Positions 1 to 9,457 of a stretch of 34,555 bases of DNA are shown here, piece after piece. The translations under genes and the position numbers were made by a program. The first letter of the stretch is position 1. Each line of letters starts with the position of its first letter. The notes below the pieces were generated by a model. The model was not told where the DNA came from, did no database searches, and saw only the letters and a list, made by a program, of their open reading frames with translations. Source of the stretch: a virus (Duplodnaviria; Caudoviricetes); IMG/VR virus record IMGVR_UViG_3300015203_000020, positions 1 through 34,555 of that record; one strand, written 5' to 3'.

Positions 1-135
1 CATCGATGTTGCTGTTAGAGTTGCATCAATTCCAGTAAAAGGAATCGGAGCAAAATAAGTTGCATCTATATTTGAATCAGATAATAACCGGCAAGAGGTC
101 AATTGCTCTGGGATCGTATAATTACTAATTGTCAT
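1..135 (-). CDS. N-terminal part of the tail-fibre gene that continues at 34554..32542 across the circular junction
   Basis: ATG at 135 behind an AAGGA SD reads MTISNYTIPEQLTSCRLLSDSNIDATYFAPIPFTGIDATLTATSM with no stop. It continues in frame into MGQLSLDG if CATC is counted once, and the fusion aligns with paralog 2358..2792. Confidence 0.88.
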   Translation of the reverse strand, partial: MTISNYTIPEQLTSCRLLSDSNIDATYFAPIPFTGIDATLTATSM

Positions 136-150
136 ATATTAAATTCCTTT

Positions 151-1875
151 TTAGATATAATCATCAAACCCATTTACTATTAAACTGACCGTATCACTCG
201 CATTTGAAACGAGATACTGAACAGAAGGGACATTATTGATACCCGTTACTCCGCAAATAATTCGTTTATTATTTATAGCAACCCCAATAAGTGCCGCTTG
301 GCATATTTCAAAAATAACACTTCCGCCTGGGCCAGTTCCTGTCGATCCCGTTGCTCTTATTGATAAGAAGTTCCCAGGTGTCGCGCCAATATAAACACCA
401 CCCATATAGACTGGGCAAATTCTTGGAATGCTTCCTAATTCAATTGCAAAATAACCCGTAGAAGAACCACCATTTAATACAAAATGACCTTGGTCATAAT
501 AATAATTACGAGTGTTATAAATTCCGGTTTGTCTGAAAGTGCGAATAAAATTAGAAGCTGTACAATTGATCCAACCAATTAAACGATAAGTATCATAACC
601 AGCAGGTAATACAGATGGGCCTAAATTACCGTCATATATATAAAGAGAAGCAAGTGTTGCAACAGGATTCACGCTTGTTGAGTCACTGATTAGAAATATC
701 TTATACATATTAAAAGGGCCAAATGTAAAAGTACCTGTATCTAATCCATTTGCTCCACTGGCTGCCACATCTAATGTAATCGGCGCACCATTTATCATAT
801 TTGTTGTATTAGAAGAATCGATACATTGACCGGCTGATATTGAGATAGTTGTATTGGATAACCAACTTAAATTTAATTGATATATGAAATTAAAATTATC
901 CACGCCTGCGGTAGGAGGGATAGCATATACACCATCACCTCTTAAAAATGTTGTATTAGTTGGAGTTGATCCCAATGAAGCAGGTGACCATCTAATGCCC
1001 GTAGGTAATATTGCTTGATTAATAGCAGTTGTAGTTGCATTCATACCTAAAGCAATAGAATTAGAAAAATTAGCAGTAGAATGACTTCCTATTGCCACAT
1101 TTCCAGCACTTCCAGTTGCCGCTGTATCACCGATAGCAATTGATTCTGTTGGCTGATTTGTGGCACCCGCTGCAACGCCAATTGCGATTGCACTTTGACC
1201 TTGATTGCTGCTACCCGCATCTAATCCGATTGCAATTGCTTGCGCAGCTTGTCCGTCCAGCGCAGCAGAGTTACCGATTGCAATAGCATTAATATCTTGA
1301 GGAGTATTAGCGCCCGCTTGTAATCCTAGAGCAATTGAGCCAGCACCTTGAATTAAATTACCTGCATGATTACCAATTGCTATACCATTTGGGTTGCCCG
1401 TTTTAGCAGAAGGCCCCAAAGCCATGGAATTAATACCACCGGCCCCAGCTTGATTGCCCATAACAACTGCATTCACATTGTTTGCTATGCTATTAGAACC
1501 TATGGCAATAGAATTTGCGCCTTGATTAGCGGGTGATGCCGCATTACCTATTGCAATTGCTCCACTACCTTGATTAGTGACTGCAGCACCTAAACCAAAC
1601 GAAAGAGCATTTGCACCTTGTGTACTTCCAGCTTGTGATTGTTGACCTTCATAAAACCAGCCATTCACACCAGCAGAAATATTTTTTAATACATAATTCG
1701 GAGTGATACCAGCACCAGTAAAAGCATAACGAGTATCAAATGTAGTTTGCAGGGCAGTACGCATTTGCAATCGTGTTTCTTTTTGCGATCCCGCACCATT
1801 TAATGAATTTTCATAGAGGTCAGTGTCGTTAGGCGTGACTTGCGCAGTTAAATCTATAATTCGTCTATCAGCCAT
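151..1875 (-). CDS. Tail fibre/adhesin with YadA-head-like (trimeric beta-roll) repeats
   Basis: Many tandem Q-G-x-x-A/S-I-A-I-G repeats, a TFLRGDG fibre motif, a distinct C-terminal domain, and position in the tail cluster. Confidence 0.8.
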   Translation of the reverse strand: MADRRIIDLTAQVTPNDTDLYENSLNGAGSQKETRLQMRTALQTTFDTRYAFTGAGITPNYVLKNISAGVNGWFYEGQQSQAGSTQGANALSFGLGAAVTNQGSGAIAIGNAASPANQGANSIAIGSNSIANNVNAVVMGNQAGAGGINSMALGPSAKTGNPNGIAIGNHAGNLIQGAGSIALGLQAGANTPQDINAIAIGNSAALDGQAAQAIAIGLDAGSSNQGQSAIAIGVAAGATNQPTESIAIGDTAATGSAGNVAIGSHSTANFSNSIALGMNATTTAINQAILPTGIRWSPASLGSTPTNTTFLRGDGVYAIPPTAGVDNFNFIYQLNLSWLSNTTISISAGQCIDSSNTTNMINGAPITLDVAASGANGLDTGTFTFGPFNMYKIFLISDSTSVNPVATLASLYIYDGNLGPSVLPAGYDTYRLIGWINCTASNFIRTFRQTGIYNTRNYYYDQGHFVLNGGSSTGYFAIELGSIPRICPVYMGGVYIGATPGNFLSIRATGSTGTGPGGSVIFEICQAALIGVAINNKRIICGVTGINNVPSVQYLVSNASDTVSLIVNGFDDYI

Positions 1876-1892
1876 TCCATGGCCTCCTTTTG

Positions 1893-2045
1893 TTAATCAA
1901 AATCTACTATACGAGTATCCAAATCATCAGTGATACGTTTTTCCAAAGCATCAGTAATACGGTTGTCAGATGGGGGAGGGGGTGGGCCTCCTCCTCCGCC
2001 AAACATTCCATAAATAAGCATTACTATATTGCCTAAGTAAGTCAT
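1893..2045 (-). CDS. Small 50-aa tail-associated protein (not in ORF track)
   Basis: MTYLGNIVMLIYGMFGGGGGPPPPPSDNRITDALEKRITDDLDTRIVDFD. The start overlaps the upstream stop (TAATG) and the ORF fills the gap. Confidence 0.7.
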   Translation of the reverse strand: MTYLGNIVMLIYGMFGGGGGPPPPPSDNRITDALEKRITDDLDTRIVDFD

Positions 2046-2338
2046 TAGCTTCCCCAGCGTAGAGAGGCAGCGGGGATAGTTGTTCCCGCAGCATTACACA
2101 TAATGGTATGGATTGGATGCCAAACACCGGCCGCTAAACCGATTAAATTTTCAGTAGTTCCATCCCATTTCACATAAGATAAATTGCCGGTCGTTCCAAC
2201 ATATAACCATCTAGCAAATTCACCATAAGGCGTACCAAAAACCACAAGCCCAGTTCTTACAATGCCAGCAAGTTCCCTTACCGGCCCTGTAAAATTATTA
2301 GGATCAAGTGGTGTCGATTGAACTGTCATCAATGACAT
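2045..2338 (-). CDS. Small virion structural protein (tail/spike-base type)
   Basis: Beta-rich RWLYVGTTGNL...GVWHPI pattern typical of small phage tail accessory proteins, with an AAGGAG SD. Confidence 0.6.
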   Translation of the reverse strand: MSLMTVQSTPLDPNNFTGPVRELAGIVRTGLVVFGTPYGEFARWLYVGTTGNLSYVKWDGTTENLIGLAAGVWHPIHTIMCNAAGTTIPAASLRWGS

Positions 2339-2357
2339 AACTACTCCTTGTTAATCT

Positions 2358-2792
2358 TTATGGTGCAACAAAAGTAACTGGATCAGTTCCAATAACTTGT
2401 GGCACTGGTTCAACTAACATTGCCATATGGCCGCCATGAGCTGCACCGGCTCCAATAGGAGCGTGCATCCCAGCACGTAATTGGCCGCCAGATTGGAAGT
2501 CACCACGACGAATCAACTGCCATGCGCTGCTTGTAGAACCTGGGACTAATACTTCATAAATTCCATTCTGAGCGGGCGCTGTTTGGTTGGCTACGAGAAC
2601 AGCATCATTTAGATTGAGCGTCACAGTATCAATAACTAATGCAGCTAAACCGCCTGAGTTAGTTAATGTTGCGTTAATACCACTGTTTGGAAATGCTGGA
2701 TTATAAACAGCAGTTAAGTTAGCTGTGGTCATTACACGGCATGGGGTTAACAATGATGGGTAAACATAATCACTTGGTCTTGTTACTGACAT
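2358..2792 (-). CDS. Virion protein; stand-alone paralog of the N-terminal domain of the 714-aa fibre
   Basis: VLVANQTAPAQNGIYEV motif and clear similarity to 135..1 plus the start of 34554..32542. Confidence 0.75.
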   Translation of the reverse strand: MSVTRPSDYVYPSLLTPCRVMTTANLTAVYNPAFPNSGINATLTNSGGLAALVIDTVTLNLNDAVLVANQTAPAQNGIYEVLVPGSTSSAWQLIRRGDFQSGGQLRAGMHAPIGAGAAHGGHMAMLVEPVPQVIGTDPVTFVAP

Positions 2793-2828
2793 AAACTTAC
2801 TCCTTTAAGTTAAAAAAATATTCCATTG

Positions 2829-4412
2829 TTACAATTTTAAAAATACATTCGCAAAAGATGTGGGTTGCATATTTCGCCCTACACCAGTGACACCAGTAGG
2901 ATTGATGACAAGAGGTCTATCAAATCCAGGGCCTAAAGTAACACCAGCACGTGCTGTACTGTTGCCTCCTGTAGTCGTAGTATCAGTTGGGATGATTACA
3001 TCACCAGTATGTGTATGAGAAACCACTACCGCATCCTCAAAACCAATATTTTGTCCCAGTCTTCTTGCTGTTAATCCAGCACCACTACCCGCACTAGCAA
3101 TTGTTCTTCCTAATTGTTTAGTTAAGGTTAATGAATTTCCAGCATCAAAATCGGCGGCTGCGCTTGCTCCACGCAAAGGTAATAATGCACCCGTCGGACT
3201 ATATCTTTGGACATCAGCATCATTTAATGTCCACAAAATACTATACAAATAAAATGTATCTTGATTAGCTCGAGTTACAACTTGCCCAGGAACTACAGGT
3301 TGATTTCTATTAATAACTCCATCATTCATAGGCACCCAACTAAATGGTTGAAATGAATTCAAAGAAATACGATGATCACCTGTTCTAGGCATATTAATAT
3401 CTGAATAAATCTGATCATCCGATTCAAATTCTGATATGGCATTCAAATTTCCATAATAACAAGATGGTTTGCAGAAATTTACATTAACTGATTGATCGAT
3501 AGGCATGTTAACTCTTAAATAACTGCCATCATTTCCGCACGTCCCTAACACCTTTCCAGCGGTAGAGCTTATAGGAAGGGTAGCTCTAAATTGAGTCCAT
3601 GCTCCCGATCCAGGAAGTGCAAAAGTTGCAATGGTTTGAAAATCTGGCGCACTTGCGCCACCACCATCGCCATAATATTTATACAAATCTAATCTTATTG
3701 ATGAAGCTGCCACATTTAAATTTTGCGCCCAAATAGTAAAAGTAAAAGTTTGATTTTCCATTACTTTAACTTTTGGCTGAATTGGGAATTGGAAGGCTTT
3801 AACGCTTTCACCAACTACAGAATTTGAATTGTAATTTACATAAACCAATGGCGTATTATCACCTGATAAAGGTGTATTACCTTGACCAAATGGAACAAAT
3901 CTAAGTGTATCGGCTGCGGTCGATGCGCCTTTAATAAATAGAGTTTCAGGAAATTGAAATGCTGAATGTGCCCCTGGAGCAAGAATAGTATTTCCAACAG
4001 GGACAGGAGCCGGATTAAAGTCATTGGTATGGTTTAAAAATACATTATTAATGATGTAATTTTTATTAGGAATAATAGTTGTACCGCCGCCACCACCTCC
4101 GCCACCAGAAGGTGCGCCAAAATCATCTTGTGTAAACACTTCATTGCCAGCGGCATCTTGAACAACAAGAAAGTAAAGATCATTTGGCATCGTATCATCA
4201 AATTTCCAATAGAATGGCCCTTGTGTCCCGTTTAAATCCCAAGGCACAGGATTAGGCCAAGGAATATTACCACCTGGATCTTGAAATACTGGCTTATCTG
4301 CCACTTTATTCAAAGAAGACCGAGTAAACATTCTACCACCACCAAGCGGTCGGCCAGTCAGGTCAGCCAAATACCATTTGGGTATTGGTAGTAAATTATA
4401 AGTTATTGCCAT
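2829..4412 (-). CDS. Primary tail fibre/tailspike with particle-binding N-terminus and tail-collar-like C-terminus
   Basis: N-terminal DLTGRPLGGGRMFT...PVFQD...PNPVPWDLNG resembles podovirus head-binding domains. A Gly linker follows, and the C-terminal SHTH...NMQP is a collar/tip motif. It lies after the ejection genes. Confidence 0.75.
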   Translation of the reverse strand: MAITYNLLPIPKWYLADLTGRPLGGGRMFTRSSLNKVADKPVFQDPGGNIPWPNPVPWDLNGTQGPFYWKFDDTMPNDLYFLVVQDAAGNEVFTQDDFGAPSGGGGGGGGTTIIPNKNYIINNVFLNHTNDFNPAPVPVGNTILAPGAHSAFQFPETLFIKGASTAADTLRFVPFGQGNTPLSGDNTPLVYVNYNSNSVVGESVKAFQFPIQPKVKVMENQTFTFTIWAQNLNVAASSIRLDLYKYYGDGGGASAPDFQTIATFALPGSGAWTQFRATLPISSTAGKVLGTCGNDGSYLRVNMPIDQSVNVNFCKPSCYYGNLNAISEFESDDQIYSDINMPRTGDHRISLNSFQPFSWVPMNDGVINRNQPVVPGQVVTRANQDTFYLYSILWTLNDADVQRYSPTGALLPLRGASAAADFDAGNSLTLTKQLGRTIASAGSGAGLTARRLGQNIGFEDAVVVSHTHTGDVIIPTDTTTTGGNSTARAGVTLGPGFDRPLVINPTGVTGVGRNMQPTSFANVFLKL

Positions 4413-4438
4413 TATTCACGTCCTTGTGAAATCATTAA

Positions 4439-5584
4439 CTATTTGGATTCCATGTATTTTATTCCACCTAAGGCTCCAGCAGCTAATAATGCAGGAGGTA
4501 ATACATATTTTTTTAAACCTAGCAATGCATTTTTAGATAAATTATATCTTGATAAATTCTTCTCAAGATCAGGATGAAAATCTCTTAATGCTTGCATTGG
4601 TTTTGATTCTTCCTGTAAAACATTTGCCAAATTTTTAGGAATTTTTCTAGTATTTTTATCAACCATATTAATAATTGATCTATTCATTTTTGGATTATAA
4701 TAAACATCTTTTAAAATTCTATAATCATTACGAGCTTGATTTAAGGTATTACTCAAATCAGTATGACCGGTATTTAATAAATGATTTGAAATAGCCTGAT
4801 TAATCTCATCTCTATGTTCAAGCATTTCCTCGCCTCGATCTCTCTCTGATGCCAAAGGAGAACCCAAAGATTTATTTCCTTTAGTATATAAATCAGATTG
4901 AATTTTTCTAAGAGAATTATAATCTCCAGATTTAGCTTTATCTATTAATGCATTATTTTGCTTTGTTCTAGAAAAGAAATCTTTTAAATTATTTAATACA
5001 TTCGATTCAACAGGAATATTTGTTATTCCTCTTTTGTTTATTTCATTTGATACGGTTTCAAATCCTTGAACAGCTTTGTTTTCCAAAGCATCATGCGTAT
5101 CTAATATATTTTTAACTAAAGCATTTTTAGGAGAAGATATTGCTCCTTTAATAGCATTAATACCTTTTCCTGCTAATTTCGCTACACCTGCACCTATAGG
5201 AACAACATCAGATAAAACATTTCCTATTTGAGCGCCTGTTGTTTGAGGAGCTGCATTTAATTCCGGAATTTTAGGAACATTAGTTCCATATAATTTATTA
5301 GATGCGCCAATGCCTAGATTCATCAATCCAGGAAGAGCATTGACTGTTCCTTGAGCAAATCCTTGTATAGGATCACCAATATATTTTCTAAATGGTTCAT
5401 TAAAATTTTGTTCGACACCTTGGCCAGCGCGTTGCAATAAATTTTGAGGTTTCTGCTCTGGTTGCATTTGTGGTTGCGCATTATGAGGGAATTGTTGATT
5501 AACAACAGAAGTTATCTCTTCCTGACTTGCATCATCAGGAAATTCATGAACTTCACCATTTTCTAACTCAACAGTTTGTGCCAT
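4439..5584 (-). CDS. Putative DNA ejection (internal virion) protein
   Basis: Third gene of the ejection cluster, helical, with an N-terminal VHEFPDDASQEEI motif and a hydrophobic C-terminal segment. Confidence 0.6.
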   Translation of the reverse strand: MAQTVELENGEVHEFPDDASQEEITSVVNQQFPHNAQPQMQPEQKPQNLLQRAGQGVEQNFNEPFRKYIGDPIQGFAQGTVNALPGLMNLGIGASNKLYGTNVPKIPELNAAPQTTGAQIGNVLSDVVPIGAGVAKLAGKGINAIKGAISSPKNALVKNILDTHDALENKAVQGFETVSNEINKRGITNIPVESNVLNNLKDFFSRTKQNNALIDKAKSGDYNSLRKIQSDLYTKGNKSLGSPLASERDRGEEMLEHRDEINQAISNHLLNTGHTDLSNTLNQARNDYRILKDVYYNPKMNRSIINMVDKNTRKIPKNLANVLQEESKPMQALRDFHPDLEKNLSRYNLSKNALLGLKKYVLPPALLAAGALGGIKYMESK

Positions 5585-6705
5585 TATTCTGCCTTCACCA
5601 ACTGACCATTAACTCTTTTCCATTTCACAGTATTACCTTTTTGTTCTTCAGGAGATGATGCAGTAACGCCATGTTTTACTTTTTCCATTAACATATCTCT
5701 ATTCTTTTGTACTCTTTTCATAACAGAATCCCAATTCATTTGAACTTGTTTTGGATCATTCCAAATATCATCATTGGGATTAGAAAGTTTTCCTAAAGTT
5801 TTATAAACATAATCTGGAACAACAGAAGTTCCATATGCTTTTCTCATGGAATCCATATTTGCAACAACATCATTTAAACCAGAAAAATAACGTCTAGCAA
5901 CAGGATCAATATTTGGATCATCTGGATTAGTTGCCATTCTAGCTTTAGCAAACATTAAAGCTGCTTTACCTGAAGGACCAGCAAAATTCTTAAAAGCATC
6001 TATATCAAAACCTTTTAAATCACTTAATAATATATCTATATTAGCAGCTTGATTTTTCAAGGCGGCAGGTGCATTCTTACCTGTAATTTTTGTTACTTGA
6101 TCATTAGTTAATCCAGAAACTTTTACATTAGATGGCATTGGTTCACCTGCTATTAAAGCACTTGCAGCTTGATTCGCGGCAACAGGATCCATGCCAGGAT
6201 TATCCATCATAATTTGATTTTGCAATGCTGAATAATTTTTCTGATCAGCGCTAGTTCGACCACCACCCATTTGATAATAACTAGATTTTGCCTTTTCTTC
6301 CGCAATACGAGCTTCTTCAGATTGAGGTAAAAATTTATTTAATGTTGCTTGTTTTTGATTTCCTAATTGCATTTGTTGAACTTCTTGCGGCGTCATTTGA
6401 TTCAATCTATTAGTTTGTGCTTGTCTGGATGCAATCTCAGATTGAATGTTAGGAGCATAGAATTGATTTTGTTGCGCAGCCATTTTATTAGCTTGCGCTA
6501 ATCTTTCAGGACTAAATTGATTTTCAATATTTTGACCTTGAGTTAATGCATTACGTTGTTCAATTTGAGATTGCATATTAGGGCCATAATATTGATTTTC
6601 TAACCCAGATTTTATGAGCGCATTAACACCCTGTGCGCCAGTGACTAATGGCCCACCAGGCCCAACATCATAAACTGTTCTCGGTAATACACCTGAAAAT
6701 GCCAT
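5584..6705 (-). CDS. Putative DNA ejection protein (P22 gp20 position)
   Basis: Gln/Asn-rich repeats (ENQYYGP, ENQFSPE, QNQFYAP), synteny, and translational coupling to the next gene. Confidence 0.6.
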   Translation of the reverse strand: MAFSGVLPRTVYDVGPGGPLVTGAQGVNALIKSGLENQYYGPNMQSQIEQRNALTQGQNIENQFSPERLAQANKMAAQQNQFYAPNIQSEIASRQAQTNRLNQMTPQEVQQMQLGNQKQATLNKFLPQSEEARIAEEKAKSSYYQMGGGRTSADQKNYSALQNQIMMDNPGMDPVAANQAASALIAGEPMPSNVKVSGLTNDQVTKITGKNAPAALKNQAANIDILLSDLKGFDIDAFKNFAGPSGKAALMFAKARMATNPDDPNIDPVARRYFSGLNDVVANMDSMRKAYGTSVVPDYVYKTLGKLSNPNDDIWNDPKQVQMNWDSVMKRVQKNRDMLMEKVKHGVTASSPEEQKGNTVKWKRVNGQLVKAE

Positions 6706-6712
6706 AATTCAC

Positions 6713-7339
6713 CTATCCGAATATTCCGCCAGTCAACATTCTCAATCCACCGCCAATCATATTAGATGTATCTTGTTGACGACCCGCTTGTTGTCCATAA
6801 GCACCTTGAGCCATGCTATTACCCATATTTCCATACATATTCGTCAATTGATTAGCTGCCCCTTGTCCCATGCCAGCCATTTGGCCAAGTCCAGCACCAT
6901 ATTGTGTATTAAGACCTAACATATTCTGTAACCAATCATTCATTCCTTGTTGGCCAATATTTCCAGCATTCTGCTGCATTTGCATCATCAAAGGAGTGCT
7001 ACCCGTTAAACCACTAGCAGATCCTGCATTTTGTGCAGCACGCATAGCTTGTTGTTGTAAAAATTGGTTATATGGAGACTGTTGATATTGACTCATCATA
7101 TTATTAAGAAATTGCGATGGATTACTTTGTTGCTGTAACCAATTTTGCATTTGAGGTAAAGCTTGTCCGCCAGCCTGTAAAAAAGGATTTTGCGCAGCTG
7201 CACCTTGTTTGCCATACTTTTCTATTTGATGCATTCCAGCTTCAAATGGGGCGCCAGAATCTCCGAACATTCCACCCAGAAATTGCGTGAGACCACCGCC
7301 CATTTGGCCGCCCATTTGCATCATCATTCGTGGATCCAT
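6713..7339 (-). CDS. DNA transfer/pilot protein (P22 gp7-like)
   Basis: G/Q/M/A-rich 208 aa with a SPYNQF...AAQNAGSASG...GST segment and Gly-rich hydrophobic ends; synteny. Confidence 0.7.
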   Translation of the reverse strand: MDPRMMMQMGGQMGGGLTQFLGGMFGDSGAPFEAGMHQIEKYGKQGAAAQNPFLQAGGQALPQMQNWLQQQSNPSQFLNNMMSQYQQSPYNQFLQQQAMRAAQNAGSASGLTGSTPLMMQMQQNAGNIGQQGMNDWLQNMLGLNTQYGAGLGQMAGMGQGAANQLTNMYGNMGNSMAQGAYGQQAGRQQDTSNMIGGGLRMLTGGIFG

Positions 7340-7354
7340 CCGTGGATCTCCTTT

Positions 7355-7663
7355 CTAAGGTGTTGTCGTAAACGTTCTCCAAGCACCAATACCGAGCTTA
7401 ACTTGCCAAACTTGTATGGCTGCTGATCTTGGTGGCCCAGGAGTCGCATCTATATTATATATTAATTGTCCCTCTTGGGGACTCTGAATCGTATTTCTTT
7501 GTGCTGTTGTCAATCTTGGAATTAACATTCCAAATTGAGTTAAGTAAGATGTCAGTGTTTGTATTTGAGTACAAAAATACATATACCAAACATTACTAAT
7601 ATGATCTTTATCTTCTATCGTTAGAGGATCATTTACCGGTGGTAAGTCAAAATCTACTGACAT
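7355..7663 (-). CDS. Small tail-associated protein
   Basis: Follows the tail hub and has an IPRLTTAQRNTIQSPQEGQLIYN motif common in phage tail proteins. Confidence 0.6.
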   Translation of the reverse strand: MSVDFDLPPVNDPLTIEDKDHISNVWYMYFCTQIQTLTSYLTQFGMLIPRLTTAQRNTIQSPQEGQLIYNIDATPGPPRSAAIQVWQVKLGIGAWRTFTTTP

Positions 7664-7666
7664 CGT

Positions 7667-9457
7667 TTACTCCGGCATATCTTCAAAATCCCAGGCAGCA
7701 CCTAAAATCACAAATGGAATTTCATTAAAAAATTGTATGCGTGGCGTAACATATTGCCCACGTTGGATGGTGCCTAACTTACGCCAAACAGTTCTAAAAG
7801 TTCGTTGTCCAATTTGACCCATCGTCGCTAAATATTCATTACCATAAGATTGTCCACCATCTCGTGATAGCGCTAAAAATACAGTGGGCGCAGTATTATT
7901 TGGAATGTCATCGACTTGACCTTGAACTAAATCTAAATGAATGCGATCTATTCTTCGTCTGACATAAGTTGGATTACCCATCGGTCTGCCAATTAACATT
8001 CTTCGAATAGGCTCACCATCATTAGTATTAAAAGTAGTATCAACAAGGTAAAGTATTGGACTAGAGTAATGACCATAATAATTCTTCCCATTAAAGAAAC
8101 CATGCGTTTGTGCTGGATGGCGATTACCGTTTAATACTTCTTCTTCATGCCATAACTTACCGGCTTCTTGAGTTGGATTACTTAATGTCACATTGTAAAC
8201 ATAAGTATGATTAACTAAGGTGAAGTTAAGTCGATAAAAGATGATTCCATTTTCTTTAATCAATACACCCGTGGCATCAGCTACCCCTTGCGTATTAGTA
8301 GAAGCATAGTTCGCCAATGTGAAATCTAACGCGTAATTACTAATTGGAATTGCTTCCGTACCAATAACCATCATGACAGCACCAAGACCGTCTTTATCTT
8401 GAGATAAGAAAAACATCTTATCAAAACCTACTCTGATACTTGCGCGAGCAGCGCAACCATATTCCATCAATGCTGAATTGTTACGTCGGAAAGGTAAGTT
8501 AGTTCCTATCCCTGCATTTTCCCAAACTTCAGTAAAGTTTTGCGAGAATAGAAACAATCTGCGATGTAATGTGTAACAAGCAACGATTGTACCTGGATGA
8601 GTAGTAATAGAACCTTTTTGTAACTGTCCGCTATTAGTTACAAAGATAGGCGCTATCCCAGTAGTATTGAAATTTAAAGTTGCGCCACCATCTGTTCTAG
8701 AGATAGTAAAAGTTGTTCCATTAACAACGCCTGAAACAAAATAAGTAGTTACTGTATCAAGCGCTGGCCCCGTAGTTGGTGTTGGTAATGTTCCGCCGCC
8801 GTTAAATACAATAGGTGTTCCAATTTGATATGTTGTTGTTGATCCAGTCGATAAAACTAAATTTGGCGAGCCACCACTTGTCGCTAAAAATGCATTACCA
8901 GTTCCAGTTACAAAATCAGGCCCCCATACTAATCCTTGATTGAAAGAGGAAAGATAAAAATCATTTGTTCCGCCATTAGCTACAACAAAGAATCCATCTA
9001 AATAACAAACATCAATGGGATTACCATTAGGAAATTGCGGAAATGCAGGATCTGTTATTTGAGAAAATACCGTTGTATTGGTATCGTAAATATAACCTTT
9101 CTGCCCATCCACAATAATAATTTGAAATGTATTAGCATCAATCCCCACATAACCTGATGTCGTGGTTAATGGTAAAGAGGGATTAAGCAAAGTTGGAATA
9201 TCAGCAGCATCCACACGCCAAAAATCATGTCCAATAACCTGATACATGTATTGATTAAAAATAAATTGCTGACGAAAGCCACCTGTTGTCAGGCCAAATA
9301 CAATTTTACTATTTTCCAATCCAGAAGTAGGAAGTGAAACCTTTGGTTTTTTACCCTCAAGATCAATATAGACGAACTGATTCACCGAGCGTGCAGCACT
9401 AATGCTGCTTACTCGTTGATTATCATATCCAGTAATAATGTCATAATCTTGTCGCAT
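7667..9457 (-). CDS. Tail hub/nozzle, packaged-DNA stabilization protein (P22 gp10-like) with an inserted domain
   Basis: Beta-propeller-like motifs (IIIVDGQKGYIYD, VCYLDGFFV, TEVWENAG, SRDGGQSYGN...WRKLG); synteny. Confidence 0.85.
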   Translation of the reverse strand: MRQDYDIITGYDNQRVSSISAARSVNQFVYIDLEGKKPKVSLPTSGLENSKIVFGLTTGGFRQQFIFNQYMYQVIGHDFWRVDAADIPTLLNPSLPLTTTSGYVGIDANTFQIIIVDGQKGYIYDTNTTVFSQITDPAFPQFPNGNPIDVCYLDGFFVVANGGTNDFYLSSFNQGLVWGPDFVTGTGNAFLATSGGSPNLVLSTGSTTTYQIGTPIVFNGGGTLPTPTTGPALDTVTTYFVSGVVNGTTFTISRTDGGATLNFNTTGIAPIFVTNSGQLQKGSITTHPGTIVACYTLHRRLFLFSQNFTEVWENAGIGTNLPFRRNNSALMEYGCAARASIRVGFDKMFFLSQDKDGLGAVMMVIGTEAIPISNYALDFTLANYASTNTQGVADATGVLIKENGIIFYRLNFTLVNHTYVYNVTLSNPTQEAGKLWHEEEVLNGNRHPAQTHGFFNGKNYYGHYSSPILYLVDTTFNTNDGEPIRRMLIGRPMGNPTYVRRRIDRIHLDLVQGQVDDIPNNTAPTVFLALSRDGGQSYGNEYLATMGQIGQRTFRTVWRKLGTIQRGQYVTPRIQFFNEIPFVILGAAWDFEDMPE

